Shown: positions 10,176 through 23,078, counted from the stretch's first letter. The stretch: DNA of 64,000 nt from Deltaproteobacteria bacterium (GCA_021801125.1 JAJYYI010000127.1:3835-67834), one strand, 5' to 3'. Numbers and translations are program-made. The notes: generated by a model not told the origin, from the sequence alone.

Positions 10176-10226
10176 GACTGACACGGGCTCGTCTGTCGGC
10201 GGTCCCCCCGGCCTGGGCGGCTGCGC

Positions 10227-10538
10227 TCACGATACCGGAGCTGCAGTAGGAGCCGCCTCAGCATCCTGGTTCAGGGAATCCTTGAGCTGCTTGCCCGCTC
10301 TGAATTTTGCCGAACGGCCCCCGGCTATCTGAATCGATTCGCCGGTCTTGGGGTTACGTCCGCTTCGGGGGCGTCGAATCGAGACCGCAAAGGTGCCAAA
10401 GCCCGATATGCTCACCCGCTCGCCTTGCTTCAGCGCGCCAGTGATCTCGTCGATTATAATGTTGATTGCGTGCTCGGCTTCGCTCCGATTGAGTCCCGCC
10501 TTAGCTGCCAGCCCCTCGATCAACTCGGTTTTCGTCAT
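10227..10538 (-). CDS. hupB: DNA-binding protein HU
   Basis: MTKTELI, GFGTF, GRNPKTGE, FRAGKQLK; follows lon. Confidence 0.93.
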   Translation of the reverse strand: MTKTELIEGLAAKAGLNRSEAEHAINIIIDEITGALKQGERVSISGFGTFAVSIRRPRSGRNPKTGESIQIAGGRSAKFRAGKQLKDSLNQDAEAAPTAAPVS

Positions 10539-10650
10539 ATTGCCTATCGGCGCGGCGCGCCCCGTCCGGGCGACCCGCTACAGCCACCCACCGTATGATT
10601 TAACCACTTAAGCCCGCTTAAGCTCGCAAAGTATACTGCCGCGTCGCAAC

Positions 10651-13137
10651 TTAGAAGTTCGGCGGCACGGCCGGGCCTTCTTCCACCTCACCCTCTTCGC
10701 TAACCTCGGCAGCCGGTTCGTCATGGCTCGGCGCAAGCGGCGATGACGCTTCCATCGCGGAAGACGAAAGAAACGTTTCGCGACGATCAGCGCCTATCAG
10801 AGCACATCGCAGCACCTCATCCATATCCTCGACCTGGGTCAGAGTCACGTTTTTCAGGATGGCAGCCGGAATCTCCTCGATATCCTTGGCATTCTCCTTC
10901 GGCAGCAGCACCTCCTTGATGCCTCCCCGATGGGCCGCTAACACCTTTTCCTTGAGTCCGCCAATTGGCAAAACACGTCCACGTAGGGTAATTTCACCCG
11001 TCATCGCCAGGTCGTTGCGTACCGGCATCCGGCATAACGCTGAAACCAGCGCCGTCGCCACGGTAATACCGGCTGAAGGGCCGTCCTTCGGCGTTGCGCC
11101 CTCGGGTATATGGATATGGACGTCCACCTTCTGGTAGAACGTCGGGTCCAGATCGAGCATCTTGGCGCGGGATCGCACGTAGGACATCGCTGCGCGCGCG
11201 CTTTCCTGCATCACTTCCCCGAGTTGACCGGTGACTGTGAGCTTGCCGCGACCGGGCATGATCGTAACCTCCACGCCCAGCAGTTCGCCTCCGTTTTCGG
11301 TCCAGGCCAGACCCGTAGCGACGCCGACCTGCGGGTCGCTCTCGGCGAGCCCGTAGCGAAAGCGCGTCGGGCCGAGGTATTTCGATAGGTTGGCGGCGTT
11401 GACCTTAACGTTCGCGTTGCGATCGTTCTTGACCACTTCGACCGCCGCCTTGCGGCAAATCGCCGCGATCTCGCGCTCCAAGTTGCGCACGCCCGACTCG
11501 CGGGTATAACGCCGGACTACGCCCAGAAGCGCCTGGTCGGAAAATTCAATATTTTCTTCCTTGAGTCCATTGGCTTCGCGCTGCTTTTTCACCAGATAGC
11601 GCTTGGCGATGTTGAGCTTTTCGTGCTCCGTGTACCCTGGCAGTCGGATTATCTCCATGCGGTCTTGCAGCGGGCGCGGAATGCGCTCCAGCATATTGGC
11701 CGTTGTAATGAAGATAACCTTCGAGAGGTCGTAGTCTACGTCGAGGTAATGGTCGTTGAAGGCGCAGTTCTGCTCCGGGTCGAGCACCTCAAGCAATGCA
11801 GAGGACGGGTCACCACGAAAGTCGGTCGACATCTTGTCGACCTCGTCAAGCAGAAAAACCGGATTGCCGGAACCCGCCTTTCTCATCCCCTGGATTATCT
11901 TGCCCGGCAACGCTCCGATGTAGGTCCGCCGATGGCCACGAATCTCGGCCTCGTCACGCACCCCGCCCAGTGAGATGCGCACGAACTTACGTCCCGTGGC
12001 GCGCGCGATGGAACGGCCCAGAGACGTTTTTCCCACTCCCGGGGGCCCCACCAGGCATAGGATAGGTCCTTTTATTTCACCCACCAGCGCCTGCACGGCC
12101 AAGTATTCCAGAATCCGCTGCTTGACCTTTTCAAGACCGTAATGGTCCTCTTCCAGAATCCGCTCCGCCTCCTTGAGGTCGAGCTTGTCCTCGGTATACT
12201 CGTACCAGGGCAGCGACAGCAGCCAGTCGAGGTAGTTGCGCACCACGGTGGCCTCGGCGGACATCGGCGACATCATCTTGAGCTTCTTTATCTCGCGCTC
12301 ACACTTCTCGCGCGCCTCGGCCGACATCCGCTTCTCGCGCAGCTTTTCCTCCAGCTCCTGGATCTCGTTCTTGAATTCGTCCTTCTCGCCCAATTCCTTT
12401 TGGATCGCGCGCATCTGCTCGTTGAGGTAATACTCCTTCTGGGTCTTTTCCATCTGCTTTTTGACCCGATTGCGGATGCGCTTTTCGACCTCCAATATTT
12501 CCAGCTCTGAGCGCATATAGCCCAACAGGCGCTCCAAGCGCTCGGCCGGATTCGCTACCTCGAGCAAAGCCTGCTTGTCTTCCAGCTTGATCGCCACTTG
12601 CCCCACCAGCTTGTCGGCGAGATAAGCGGGATCGTCGATAGCGGCGATTGAGGCAACGACTTCAGGCGGAACTTTGCGATTCAGGCGCGCGTAGTTGTCG
12701 AAGGTCGTTCCCACCGAGCGCATCAGGGCCTCGACCTCGGTCGTGCGCTCGCATCTCTCCTCAATCTCTTCGACCTCGACCTCAAAGAGCTCATCAACCC
12801 TGATGTAGCGCAGGATACGAGCGCGCCGCTTGCCCTCGACCAGCGCCTTGACGGTACCGTCAGGCAGCCGCAGGAATTGCACGATCACTCCCAGCGCACC
12901 CACGCGATAGATGTCCTCAGGCGCGGGCTCCGAGACTCGGGCGTCCTTTTGCGCCGCCAGCAACAACAGCCTCTTATGCGCTTGAGCCTCTTCCAGCGCG
13001 CGAATCGACTTTTGGCGCCCGACGAAAATCGGATAAACCTCGTGGGGGAAGACGATGAGCTCACGCAACGGTAACAGGGGGGCACTCTTGGTGGGGTTCA
13101 CGTCGCGATCATCCTTTCTGTCATTGCGAAACAGCAT
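10651..13137 (-). CDS. lon: ATP-dependent protease Lon
   Basis: [28 protein letters not shown] (catalytic Ser), IGGLKEK. Confidence 0.98.
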   Translation of the reverse strand: MLFRNDRKDDRDVNPTKSAPLLPLRELIVFPHEVYPIFVGRQKSIRALEEAQAHKRLLLLAAQKDARVSEPAPEDIYRVGALGVIVQFLRLPDGTVKALVEGKRRARILRYIRVDELFEVEVEEIEERCERTTEVEALMRSVGTTFDNYARLNRKVPPEVVASIAAIDDPAYLADKLVGQVAIKLEDKQALLEVANPAERLERLLGYMRSELEILEVEKRIRNRVKKQMEKTQKEYYLNEQMRAIQKELGEKDEFKNEIQELEEKLREKRMSAEAREKCEREIKKLKMMSPMSAEATVVRNYLDWLLSLPWYEYTEDKLDLKEAERILEEDHYGLEKVKQRILEYLAVQALVGEIKGPILCLVGPPGVGKTSLGRSIARATGRKFVRISLGGVRDEAEIRGHRRTYIGALPGKIIQGMRKAGSGNPVFLLDEVDKMSTDFRGDPSSALLEVLDPEQNCAFNDHYLDVDYDLSKVIFITTANMLERIPRPLQDRMEIIRLPGYTEHEKLNIAKRYLVKKQREANGLKEENIEFSDQALLGVVRRYTRESGVRNLEREIAAICRKAAVEVVKNDRNANVKVNAANLSKYLGPTRFRYGLAESDPQVGVATGLAWTENGGELLGVEVTIMPGRGKLTVTGQLGEVMQESARAAMSYVRSRAKMLDLDPTFYQKVDVHIHIPEGATPKDGPSAGITVATALVSALCRMPVRNDLAMTGEITLRGRVLPIGGLKEKVLAAHRGGIKEVLLPKENAKDIEEIPAAILKNVTLTQVEDMDEVLRCALIGADRRETFLSSSAMEASSPLAPSHDEPAAEVSEEGEVEEGPAVPPNF

Positions 13138-13171
13138 CTTCTGCTATGGCCCCGCTCACACATGGGTCGGC

Positions 13172-14422
<1,251 letters not shown>

Positions 14423-14442
14423 ATTCCCTCCAGCGCTTCGGT

Positions 14443-15072
14443 CTAGGCCCTTCGGGTTACGATTATCTCATCGACAAGCCCATACTCAACCGCCTGGGCG
14501 GGGTCCATGAAAAGGTCGCGGTCGGTATCTTTCTCGATTTTCCGCAGGCTCTGGCCGGTATGTTTCGCCAGGATGTTATTGATCTCCTCGCGCAGACGCA
14601 AAATTTCGCGCGCCTGAATTTCGATGTCACTTGCCTGCCCCTGCGCTCCGCCCAGCGGCTGATGCATCATAATCCGCGAGTGCGGCAAGGCAAACCGCCG
14701 CCCCTTTTCGCCAGCTGCCAAGAGCACCGCGGCCATGCTCGCCGCCTGTCCCAAGCACACCGTCGAGACCGGCGGCTTGATGAATTGCATCGTGTCGTAA
14801 ATCGCCAGACCCGCAGAGACCGAACCTCCGGGCGAGTGGATGTAGAAACTGATCTCCTTATCCGGCTCTTCCGCTTCCAAAAACAGCAGTTGAGCCGTGA
14901 TAAGGTTGGCGACATCATCGTTGATCTCGCTGCCCAAGAAAACGATCCGATCCTTGAGCAGGCGGGAGTAGATGTCGTAAGCGCGCTCACCCCGCGCCGT
15001 CTGTTCCACTACGATGGGGACCAGGTTGGCTACGACCGGGCTTCGCACACTTCGTCGATCGCTTGAAGCCAT
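14443..15072 (-). CDS. clpP: Clp protease proteolytic subunit
   Basis: [25 protein letters not shown]. Start uncertain (15072 or 15084). Confidence 0.97.
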   Translation of the reverse strand: MASSDRRSVRSPVVANLVPIVVEQTARGERAYDIYSRLLKDRIVFLGSEINDDVANLITAQLLFLEAEEPDKEISFYIHSPGGSVSAGLAIYDTMQFIKPPVSTVCLGQAASMAAVLLAAGEKGRRFALPHSRIMMHQPLGGAQGQASDIEIQAREILRLREEINNILAKHTGQSLRKIEKDTDRDLFMDPAQAVEYGLVDEIIVTRRA

Positions 15073-15140
15073 GCGTTCGCGCACCTCTTCATTTTAGTGC
15101 GTTTGAGAAATCCGGGCAACATAAGGCGTCGCCGTGGGGC

Positions 15141-16442
15141 TCAAGCCTCAGTGGGTTGCGCGGCATCACGCGGCTGCGAGTGCTCGACCAACCACTGCAA
15201 AGCCTTCTCGTGGCGCAGCGCCGCGCGAAGACCGAGACGGTTTTCCTCGCGCGCGTAGAATCTCGCCACGCGCTCTCGCTCGCGGCCACTCTCGCTCACC
15301 ATTCGCGCGACTCTGGCCGCCAGCTCGTCGTCGCTCACCTCGATGTTCTCCTGAGCAGCCAGCGCGTCAACGATCAGCCGCTCGCGCACCCGCTTCGCGG
15401 CAAGATCGTTGAGCTCCTCACGGCGACCGCGCACGCGCTCTAAAGCCTCTTCCTCGCCGAGCCCCTCAGCGCGCAGCCGCGCGACGACCTCCGCCTCTAT
15501 CCGCGCCGCCTCGCGCGCGACCATCGAGGCCGGCGCCTCCACCGGATTGCGTTCGAGCAACAGCTTGAGCGCCTGCTGACGCGCCTGTTCCAGCGCGCGC
15601 TCCTTGGCCTGCGCCAAAAGCGTCTGTCGCGTCTGTTCGCGCAACTGCGCCAAGCTTTCGAACGTCCCCAAGTCCCGCGCGAAGTCGTCGTCGAGCGCCG
15701 GCAACTCCCGATACAGTATGTCCTTCACCACGACGGTCCATTCGATTGTGCGGCCGCGCAGATGAGGCTCCCCATAGTCGTCGGGATAGCTCTTGGTCAA
15801 ATGCTTGGGCTCGCCCAAGCGGGCGCCCTTCATAAGCTCGAAAAGGCCATGCCTTAGCGCGCCTTCGGCGATTTCGACGAGCTGCGGCTCGCCACTCACC
15901 TCTGAGAGCGGCCTGCCGTCCGCTTGCGCGGTCACCTGCACCAGCGCCAGGTCGCCCGCTTCAACCTCCGAACGCTCCTGGACCTTCTTGAGCGGCGCAT
16001 GACTGCGGCGCAATCCTTCGAGCACTTCCGCGATCTCTTCTTCACGCACCTCGACGGGCTGGGGCGCAAGATCCCACCCCTGATAATCCTTGACCACTAT
16101 CTCCGGCTTCAGATCGAATACCGCAGCGAAGCGCAAAAGCTTGGGAAAGTCCGCCTCTTCGGTTACTATCTCCGGGTCTACCGCTGGTTTCAGCGCGTGA
16201 TCGGCAAGCGCCTTTTCGGTTGATTCGCGGATGAGCTTTTGCATCACTTCGCCGCGCACTTGGTCGCCGAAAAAGCGCTCCAGCAAGCGACGGGGAGCTC
16301 GACCTGGGCGAAAACCTTTCAGTCGGACCTGGCGTCCGAGTTCGCGATACGCTTGATCAAGCTCTCGCTCGATCTCTTCCGCGCCAAGCTCGATCGTCAA
16401 TTTGCGCCGCAGATCAGAGGGGCTCTCGAGATTTATGTTCAT
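15141..16442 (-). CDS. tig: Trigger factor
   Basis: GFRPGRAP signature; LPALDDDFA; position upstream of clpP; start MNINLESP. Confidence 0.95.
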   Translation of the reverse strand: MNINLESPSDLRRKLTIELGAEEIERELDQAYRELGRQVRLKGFRPGRAPRRLLERFFGDQVRGEVMQKLIRESTEKALADHALKPAVDPEIVTEEADFPKLLRFAAVFDLKPEIVVKDYQGWDLAPQPVEVREEEIAEVLEGLRRSHAPLKKVQERSEVEAGDLALVQVTAQADGRPLSEVSGEPQLVEIAEGALRHGLFELMKGARLGEPKHLTKSYPDDYGEPHLRGRTIEWTVVVKDILYRELPALDDDFARDLGTFESLAQLREQTRQTLLAQAKERALEQARQQALKLLLERNPVEAPASMVAREAARIEAEVVARLRAEGLGEEEALERVRGRREELNDLAAKRVRERLIVDALAAQENIEVSDDELAARVARMVSESGRERERVARFYAREENRLGLRAALRHEKALQWLVEHSQPRDAAQPTEA

Positions 16443-16870
16443 ACGTGGAAACCCTAGCCTTCTGAATAAGATCGGTAAACTGCCGTTTCGGCTAATCAGT
16501 TCAAGCAGACGCTGGCGGGAGGTGCAACCGGCGACCGTCGAAATCCGGCGCAACGTCGCCACCGCCCCCGACCCGAACCAACCCGCTTCGCGGAAGACGA
16601 CCACCGTAGCAAAAGTTTCGCGGGGGATCTTCCCTTCCCGATTTGAAGCATTTTGCGTGCCATCGAGGCGCCTAACAAGCTCGTGCGCTCATTTGAGCAT
16701 TGCTAGATCGGTCATCAAAAGCCATTGGAGACTGCTGTGCACTCTTGACTGCCGACCCAGCGCTGGATTATTTGCGAGCAATAGGTATACTGCTGAGCCT
16801 ACCACTCGTAGCATAATTATCCTTTAGGGTTGTTGTTGTCGTCTATCATTACTACGGAGGCCCTCGGCCG

Positions 16871-19150
16871 ATGAGTGAGTCAAATATAGTGTTGCCCGCC
16901 CTAACCGGCGGGCAGGTAACAATTCTGTGGTTGGTATTACTGTCCGCGGTGATTGCGCTACTTTACGGGTTGCAACTGGTCAAAGTGGTGATGAGCGCAA
17001 GCGCGGGACCCAAATCGTTAACCGACGTTTCCGATGCCATCGAGGAAGGCGCCATGGCCTACCTTGCCCGCCAAGTCAGAACGATGCGTTGGTTTGTCTT
17101 GGCGATCACGGTTGGTCTTTTCATACTCTACCGACGGGTCTACCCTGGATTTGCCCTGCCATTCGGCATTTCGATTGCGTTCCTGATGGGCGTCAGCGCC
17201 TCGTACGGCGCCGGCTACGTCGGCATGTGGCTGGCGGTCAAGGGCAATGTGCGCAGCGCCAACGCCGCGCTGACCGGCTTTAAGGAGGCGATGGAGCTAG
17301 CGTTCAAGGCTGGCGGCGTCTCCGGCATGTTCACCGTCGGGCTTGGTCTTCTGGGCGCGACGATTATCTTCCTCATATTCCGCGAGAACGCGATGAAGGT
17401 GCTGGTCGGCTTCGGCTTTGGTGGCTCGCTCGCGGCGCTTTTCATGCGCGTAGGCGGCGGAATTTACACCAAAGCGGCCGACGTTGGCGGCGACCTCGTG
17501 GGCAAGGTCGAAGCGGGTATTCCCGAGGATGATCCGCGCAACGCGGCGACCATCGCTGACAACGTGGGCGACAACGTGGGCGACTGCGCCGGCATGGCCG
17601 CCGACGTGTTCGAGTCGTACGAGGTCACGCTGGTGGCAGCGATCATTCTGGCTGCTTACGCCATGAGCGAGCCCGACTTCGTAAAGATTTACGGCGCGGC
17701 TTCCGGGGCGTTCGCTATGAAGCTCGTGATCTTTGCGCTGGTGCTGCGCGCGGTCGGAGTCTTCTCGTCGATCTTGGGCATAATGGCGGTACGAGTACCC
17801 GCCGGCAGCACGATGATCGATCCGATGCGCCCGATCGTAAACGGATACGTGGTATCGGCGCTCGCCTCGATAGTCGGGTTCTTCATCGTCAACTACTTCT
17901 TCATCCAAGACCCGCGCACCGGCGGCACCGACTGGCGTTTTTCGGTGGTTGCAACCTTCGGCATCTTGCTCGCCGTGGCCACCCTATGGTTGACCAATTA
18001 CTTTACCCATCCTGATCGTCGCCCGACCACCGAGACCGCAACTTCGGCCAGAACCGGCGTGGCGACATTGATTCTCAGCGGCCTTGCCGAAGGTATGGAA
18101 GCTTCGGTGTGGGCGGTTCTAATGATTGCGGTCGCAATTATCGGCGCGATGGCGGTGTTTCACGAATCGCTTGCGCTTCAGTTCTACGGCATCGCCTTAA
18201 CCGGCTTGGGGCTTCTGACCACGACCGGTTTTATTCTGGCGATGGACACTTACGGACCGATCACCGACAACGCGCACGGTATCTTCGAGATGGGCGGAGT
18301 TCATCGCGAAGAGGCGTCGCGCACGCTCTCCTGGATGGACGCGATCGGCAACACGACCAAAGCGCTGACCAAGGGGCTGGCTATCGCCACCGCGGTTATC
18401 GCCGCCGTCTCGCTTTTCCGCTCCTTTATTGACGAGGCGCATCTGGGCGCCATCGGCGTGCAGGTGAACATGCCGACGGTGTTCGTCGGTCTGCTCATCG
18501 GCGGCGCCGTGCCGTTTCTGTTCAGCTCGTTCGCCCTCAAAGCGGTGGGTCGCGCGGCCTTCGGCGTTGTGGTTGAGGTGCGCCGCCAGTTCCGCGAGCA
18601 TCCCGGCATCATGGAGTACAAAGAGCGTCCCGACTATCGCCGCTGCGTAGACATTGTCACCGCCACGGCGCAGAAAGAGCTGCTCGGCCCTGGCATTCTG
18701 GCCATTTTCGCGCCCCTGTTGGTCGCCTTCGCGCTCGGTGTTGGAGCCCTGGGCGGCTTCCTCGGCGGTACGATTCTATGCGCGCAGCTGCTCGCCGTGT
18801 TCATGTCGGACGGCGGGGCCACCTGGGACAACGCGAAGAAGAAAATCGAAGACGGTTTTCTCGGCGGCAAGGGAACCGAGATTCATAAGGCCGCGGTGGT
18901 AGGTGACACCGTTGGCGACCCGTTCAAGGACACCGCGGGTCCCGCGCTGAACCCGATGATCAAGGTGATGAACCTCGTGGCGATCCTAGCCGCGCCCTTC
19001 GCGCCGAGCAGCGCCTCCGGGCTCACCTTCGGCCGCGTTCTGGTGGTCATTCTAAGCCTGGTCTTGCTGGCGATTGCGGTTGGGCTCTCCAAGCGGGGCT
19101 CCATTGTCGAGGCACAGGCTGGACAAAAAGGGACCGCCGAGGCCGCGTAG
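16871..19150 (+). CDS. hppA: Membrane-bound cation-translocating pyrophosphatase, predicted K+-independent H+-PPase
   Basis: GGIYTKAADVGGDLVGKVE, DNVGDNVGD, GNTTKA (Lys determinant), GDTVGDPFKDTAGP. Confidence 0.93.
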   Translation: MSESNIVLPALTGGQVTILWLVLLSAVIALLYGLQLVKVVMSASAGPKSLTDVSDAIEEGAMAYLARQVRTMRWFVLAITVGLFILYRRVYPGFALPFGISIAFLMGVSASYGAGYVGMWLAVKGNVRSANAALTGFKEAMELAFKAGGVSGMFTVGLGLLGATIIFLIFRENAMKVLVGFGFGGSLAALFMRVGGGIYTKAADVGGDLVGKVEAGIPEDDPRNAATIADNVGDNVGDCAGMAADVFESYEVTLVAAIILAAYAMSEPDFVKIYGAASGAFAMKLVIFALVLRAVGVFSSILGIMAVRVPAGSTMIDPMRPIVNGYVVSALASIVGFFIVNYFFIQDPRTGGTDWRFSVVATFGILLAVATLWLTNYFTHPDRRPTTETATSARTGVATLILSGLAEGMEASVWAVLMIAVAIIGAMAVFHESLALQFYGIALTGLGLLTTTGFILAMDTYGPITDNAHGIFEMGGVHREEASRTLSWMDAIGNTTKALTKGLAIATAVIAAVSLFRSFIDEAHLGAIGVQVNMPTVFVGLLIGGAVPFLFSSFALKAVGRAAFGVVVEVRRQFREHPGIMEYKERPDYRRCVDIVTATAQKELLGPGILAIFAPLLVAFALGVGALGGFLGGTILCAQLLAVFMSDGGATWDNAKKKIEDGFLGGKGTEIHKAAVVGDTVGDPFKDTAGPALNPMIKVMNLVAILAAPFAPSSASGLTFGRVLVVILSLVLLAIAVGLSKRGSIVEAQAGQKGTAEAA

Positions 19151-19221
19151 CTCCCGCAGCGTCGTTGCGGGAAGACTGTTCCCGCCCTTGACCACAAGCA
19201 GTTCCGCAGCGCTAGCTAAGG

Positions 19222-19581
19222 TTAGCGCTGCGGAACTGCCGCTGTAGACGCTGGATTTTGAGAGAAAGCCGCGCCTTGCGAAGCGGCCGAGGTACCGCTT
19301 TGGGGGTCGGCGCCGAGCCGCTGGCGTAGCATCTGTCGCTCGAACTCCGGACTGATACCTTCGCCGCGCGTCAGCTTCGCCCGGTCCTTCGGGCTCATTT
19401 GGGCCCATATGTAAGCGGCAGAGATTGCGTCCCCCCGGCTTACCGCGGAGTAGTACTGCTCTTGAGGCGTCGGACTATGATGAAACGGCCAGCATCCAGC
19501 CGCCACGAAGAGCATAGCCCCGGCGGCAAGCCGGCTGACAGCCGCAGACGCAAGGCTACGCGGTATGACGCTCCGTGTCAT
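19222..19581 (-). CDS. Hypothetical lipoprotein
   Basis: Hydrophobic signal ending FVAAGC, followed by a plausible helical domain. Confidence 0.65.
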   Translation of the reverse strand: MTRSVIPRSLASAAVSRLAAGAMLFVAAGCWPFHHSPTPQEQYYSAVSRGDAISAAYIWAQMSPKDRAKLTRGEGISPEFERQMLRQRLGADPQSGTSAASQGAAFSQNPASTAAVPQR

Positions 19582-19797
19582 AGCAGATATCGTCTCGCGG
19601 ACTTTGACAAAATAAAGCTCTAGCGTGAAACCTAGCCCGCGCTAAAGCCGCGCCCGAACATTGCGCCGTGTTAGGGCCGCGCGTCTGTATCCAGCCTCGG
19701 CAAGTGGCTCGCGCGCTCATCGGATCCCCGCATGCGGCGCATCGCCAGACTGCTCTTAGGGCACTTTGGACGCCCCGTGGACTTTTAAGCGCCCTCT

Positions 19798-20889
19798 ATG
19801 GCTGAAATAATAACCCTGATGCAATTGAGCAGCGAAAACGTAGCCGCTAAGGCCGAAGACATTCTGCGCCGTGTTCTTTATCCCGGCTACAACAGTGACA
19901 TAGTCAGCCTCGGCGTTGTAGAGGAGATAAAAGCGGCTCCTGAAGAAGGCGTTGTCGTTACGTTGCGCCACGCCGGCTTGCGAGAGGACACAATACAAGA
20001 AGTAGCACGCCAGGCGCGCCAGCTTCTCGTCACCGAGCTTGAGTTGCCGAAGGTCGAGGTGATGGTGCGCCGCCTTGATCCCGAATTAGGCGAGCGTACC
20101 GGACGCGTCGCCCTTGACGGTGTGCGTTACGTGGTCGCTGTGGCGAGCGGCAAGGGTGGCGTAGGCAAGTCCACGGTGGCAGCCAATTTGGCGGTCGCGC
20201 TCAGCCACCTCGGCTATCGTGTGGGACTGCTCGACGCGGACATCTACGGTCCGTCGATCCCGATGATGTTCGGCACCGGGTCGGCGCGCCCGCAGAGCGC
20301 CGGAGAGCAACGCTTTCACCCGGTGGAACGTCACGGCGTGGCGTTGATCTCGATCGGCATGTTTCTGACCAGCCGCGCGCCGGTCATCTGGCGCGGTCCG
20401 ATGGTAATGAGCGCTGTACAGCAGTTCCTCAAAGAGACGGTCTGGGGGTCACGGGACTTTCTGGTAGTGGATCTGCCGCCCGGCACCGGCGACGCCCAGT
20501 TGACCCTGGCGCAGCAGGTTTGCCTGGACGGCGCCGTGATAGTCACCACCCCGCAGGACGTGGCGCTGTTGGACGCTCATCGCGCGCTCAGGATGCTTCG
20601 ACAGGTGCACTGCCCATTGCTCGGCATCGTCGAAAACATGAGTTATTTCGTATGTCCGGACTGCGGCGAGATGGACGAGGTTTTCGGCCACGGCGGCGGC
20701 GAAAGGTTGGCGCGCAACGAAAATCTCAAGCTGCTCTCACGCCTACCGCTCTACGGCGAGGTTCGCGAGGCCGGTGATCGGGGCGTTCCTCTGGTTTCGG
20801 CACAACCCGAGCATCCGGTCAGCCGGGCATTCGCGGAGCTCGCGCGAGAGGTTGCAGCCCAGGTTGAAGGGCAGAGCCGGTATAGCTGA
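19798..20889 (+). CDS. mrp: Mrp/ApbC Fe-S cluster carrier ATPase
   Basis: N-terminal DUF59-like region, ASGKGGVGKST, DADIYGPS, WRGPM, DLPPGTGD, CPDC. Confidence 0.95.
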   Translation: MAEIITLMQLSSENVAAKAEDILRRVLYPGYNSDIVSLGVVEEIKAAPEEGVVVTLRHAGLREDTIQEVARQARQLLVTELELPKVEVMVRRLDPELGERTGRVALDGVRYVVAVASGKGGVGKSTVAANLAVALSHLGYRVGLLDADIYGPSIPMMFGTGSARPQSAGEQRFHPVERHGVALISIGMFLTSRAPVIWRGPMVMSAVQQFLKETVWGSRDFLVVDLPPGTGDAQLTLAQQVCLDGAVIVTTPQDVALLDAHRALRMLRQVHCPLLGIVENMSYFVCPDCGEMDEVFGHGGGERLARNENLKLLSRLPLYGEVREAGDRGVPLVSAQPEHPVSRAFAELAREVAAQVEGQSRYS

Positions 20890-21578
20890 CAATAAAACAA
20901 CGCCGTTATGCTGGCGCTTTCAACCTAGGTTTGCTTTCCTAATGAACTAGCTGTCCGCTTGAATGGATGGAGGGCCTTGAGTTAAGCCGGTCCGAATTCG
21001 ATCAGCCTGGGGGCTGAGAGGGGGACCGCTCGCCCGATGCGAAAGGTCGAACAAAGGTTGAGCGGGCGAGGGGGATCTCATCAACCCGAGCTACCCTTCG
21101 GATGCTTCAAGGTCCCGGCTGGTCGATGTCGGTGGGGTGCGAGAATATTGGGCAGGGTTGAACGCGCGGTCGCGGCTGCCGGGCGAAGCGCCCCAAGCTG
21201 CCCACGCCAAGGAGGGAGCGCACAGCGATTCGCGTTTTCGGGTGTAACGGTTCAATCGTGCGCGAGCTTGCCGCACCGTGTTCGGCGACCGCATGTGACT
21301 GGGCGATAGTCAACCACGGCGACAGGGCGCAAGCGAAAAGCAGAAAGCGAGAGGTGACAAGACAGGCGCCATTGCCAGGCGTTGCCACGCGATGAGCATA
21401 CGCCCACGCGTGGCAACGGACCCGGGTATAGTTACGACCCCCTAGCACCCTTTGCGCTGCCGGGAAAGGAAGGCCGACCTCGGTTCAACCCTTCTACCCG
21501 CACGCGGTCCGGCCTGTACGAGGAATCGGGGTCAGGAACTCGCAACAAGAGCTCCGGCTGAAGTTCCAGAGGTTCTTC

Positions 21579-22880
21579 ATGAAGGTTTTGGTTATCGGAG
21601 GAGACGGCTATCTTGGGTGGCCGCAGGTAATGCATCTATCCGCAAACGGGCATTACGTCGGTATCGTCGACAACTTTGTCCGCCGCGCCTTGGACGTGGA
21701 ATGCGGCACCGAAAGTTTAATACCCATCTACCCGCTGGAGACACGCATAGCCACCTGGGAGGAGATTTCCGGCAATCGTATAGAATCGTTTGTCGGCGAC
21801 ATTACGAATTTTGATTTCTTGACCAACGCCATCAGATCATTCGAGCCGGACGCGATCGTCCATTACGGCGAACAGCGAAGCGCGCCCTATTCGATGGTGA
21901 ACCACGACCACGCGCTCTTCACGCAAATCAACAACGTAGTTGGTACGCTGAATATCCTATACGCACTGAAGGAACATCGTCCGGAATGTCACCTCGTGAA
22001 GCTCGGGACGATGGGGGAGTACGGAACGCCGAACATAGATATTGAAGAAGGCTTTATCGAGATTTCTCACAATGGTCGCCGAGACGTCCTGCCCTATCCC
22101 AAGCAACCGGGCTCCTTTTATCATTTGTCCAAAGTCCACGACTCGCACAATATCATGTTTGCTTGCAGGGTCTGGGGGCTGCGTTCGACCGACCTCAATC
22201 AGGGAGTCGTCTATGGAGTGGAAACGCCGCAAACCGTCCTGGACGAACGGCTGGCCACCCGCTTCGATTACGACGGGATCTGGGGCACGGTGCTAAACCG
22301 TTATTGCGTCGAGGCGGTCATCCATCATCCGCTGACGGTTTTCGGCGAGGGCGAGCAAACGCGCGGCTTCCTGGATATACGGGATACGATGCGCTGCGTG
22401 GAACTTGCCATCCTCAATCCCCCCGCACTCGGAGAGTACCGCGTGTTCAACCAATTTACGGAACAGTTCACAGTCAGGGAACTCGCCGAGTTGGTTCGAC
22501 AAACGGCCCATAAGAAGGGACTCCCTGCCCGGATCGTCAGAGAAAAGAACCCCCGCGTCGAACAGGAAGTGCATTATTACAACGCCAAGCACGTCCGTTT
22601 GATTGATCTAGGCCTGGAGCCTCACTGCCTGACCGACACGTTGGTTGATTCGATGCTAGACAAGATCAGCGAGTACAAGCACCGCGTGCGCGTGGAAACG
22701 ATCCCGTCGCTCGTCAACTGGCGCATGACCAACAATCCGACGAGGTATATCGCTCCTTCCAGGCGACACGCTGAACAAGCTGCTGGCGCTAAGCTGCCTT
22801 CGGAAGGCGACCTCGGTTCGGTCGTATCTGCTCATCTGAGGAAACAGATCCTGAATTCTCGCGATGGGAAGGTTGGTTAA
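21579..22880 (+). CDS. sqdB: UDP-sulfoquinovose synthase
   Basis: GGDGYLGW, EQRSAPYSM, HLVKLGTMGEYGTPNIDIEEG, KQPGSFYHLSKVHDSHN, TDLNQGVVYG are SQD1/SqdB signatures. Confidence 0.95.
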   Translation: MKVLVIGGDGYLGWPQVMHLSANGHYVGIVDNFVRRALDVECGTESLIPIYPLETRIATWEEISGNRIESFVGDITNFDFLTNAIRSFEPDAIVHYGEQRSAPYSMVNHDHALFTQINNVVGTLNILYALKEHRPECHLVKLGTMGEYGTPNIDIEEGFIEISHNGRRDVLPYPKQPGSFYHLSKVHDSHNIMFACRVWGLRSTDLNQGVVYGVETPQTVLDERLATRFDYDGIWGTVLNRYCVEAVIHHPLTVFGEGEQTRGFLDIRDTMRCVELAILNPPALGEYRVFNQFTEQFTVRELAELVRQTAHKKGLPARIVREKNPRVEQEVHYYNAKHVRLIDLGLEPHCLTDTLVDSMLDKISEYKHRVRVETIPSLVNWRMTNNPTRYIAPSRRHAEQAAGAKLPSEGDLGSVVSAHLRKQILNSRDGKVG

Positions 22881-23078
22881 TCGTCGCAAGGCTCACGCTA
22901 CGGGCATCGGGCGACGCAAAGGTTCCCATTCCTTTATGCACTGCGCAATCGGTGCGACTCCTTGTTTGACATTGGAAAGCTGCTCTTCCGTCCTCGCGTC
23001 GAGAGCGACGACGATCGGTTGGTTGATGAATTCCGTGCGGCACTATTCGAACGAAGTTCCGTCGCAATCCAAGTCTAA

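Noticed and set aside
16513..16570. tRNA-like stretch upstream of tig ending CCCGCCA on the minus strand
   Set aside because: Too short; no T-arm or cloverleaf, only a hairpin.
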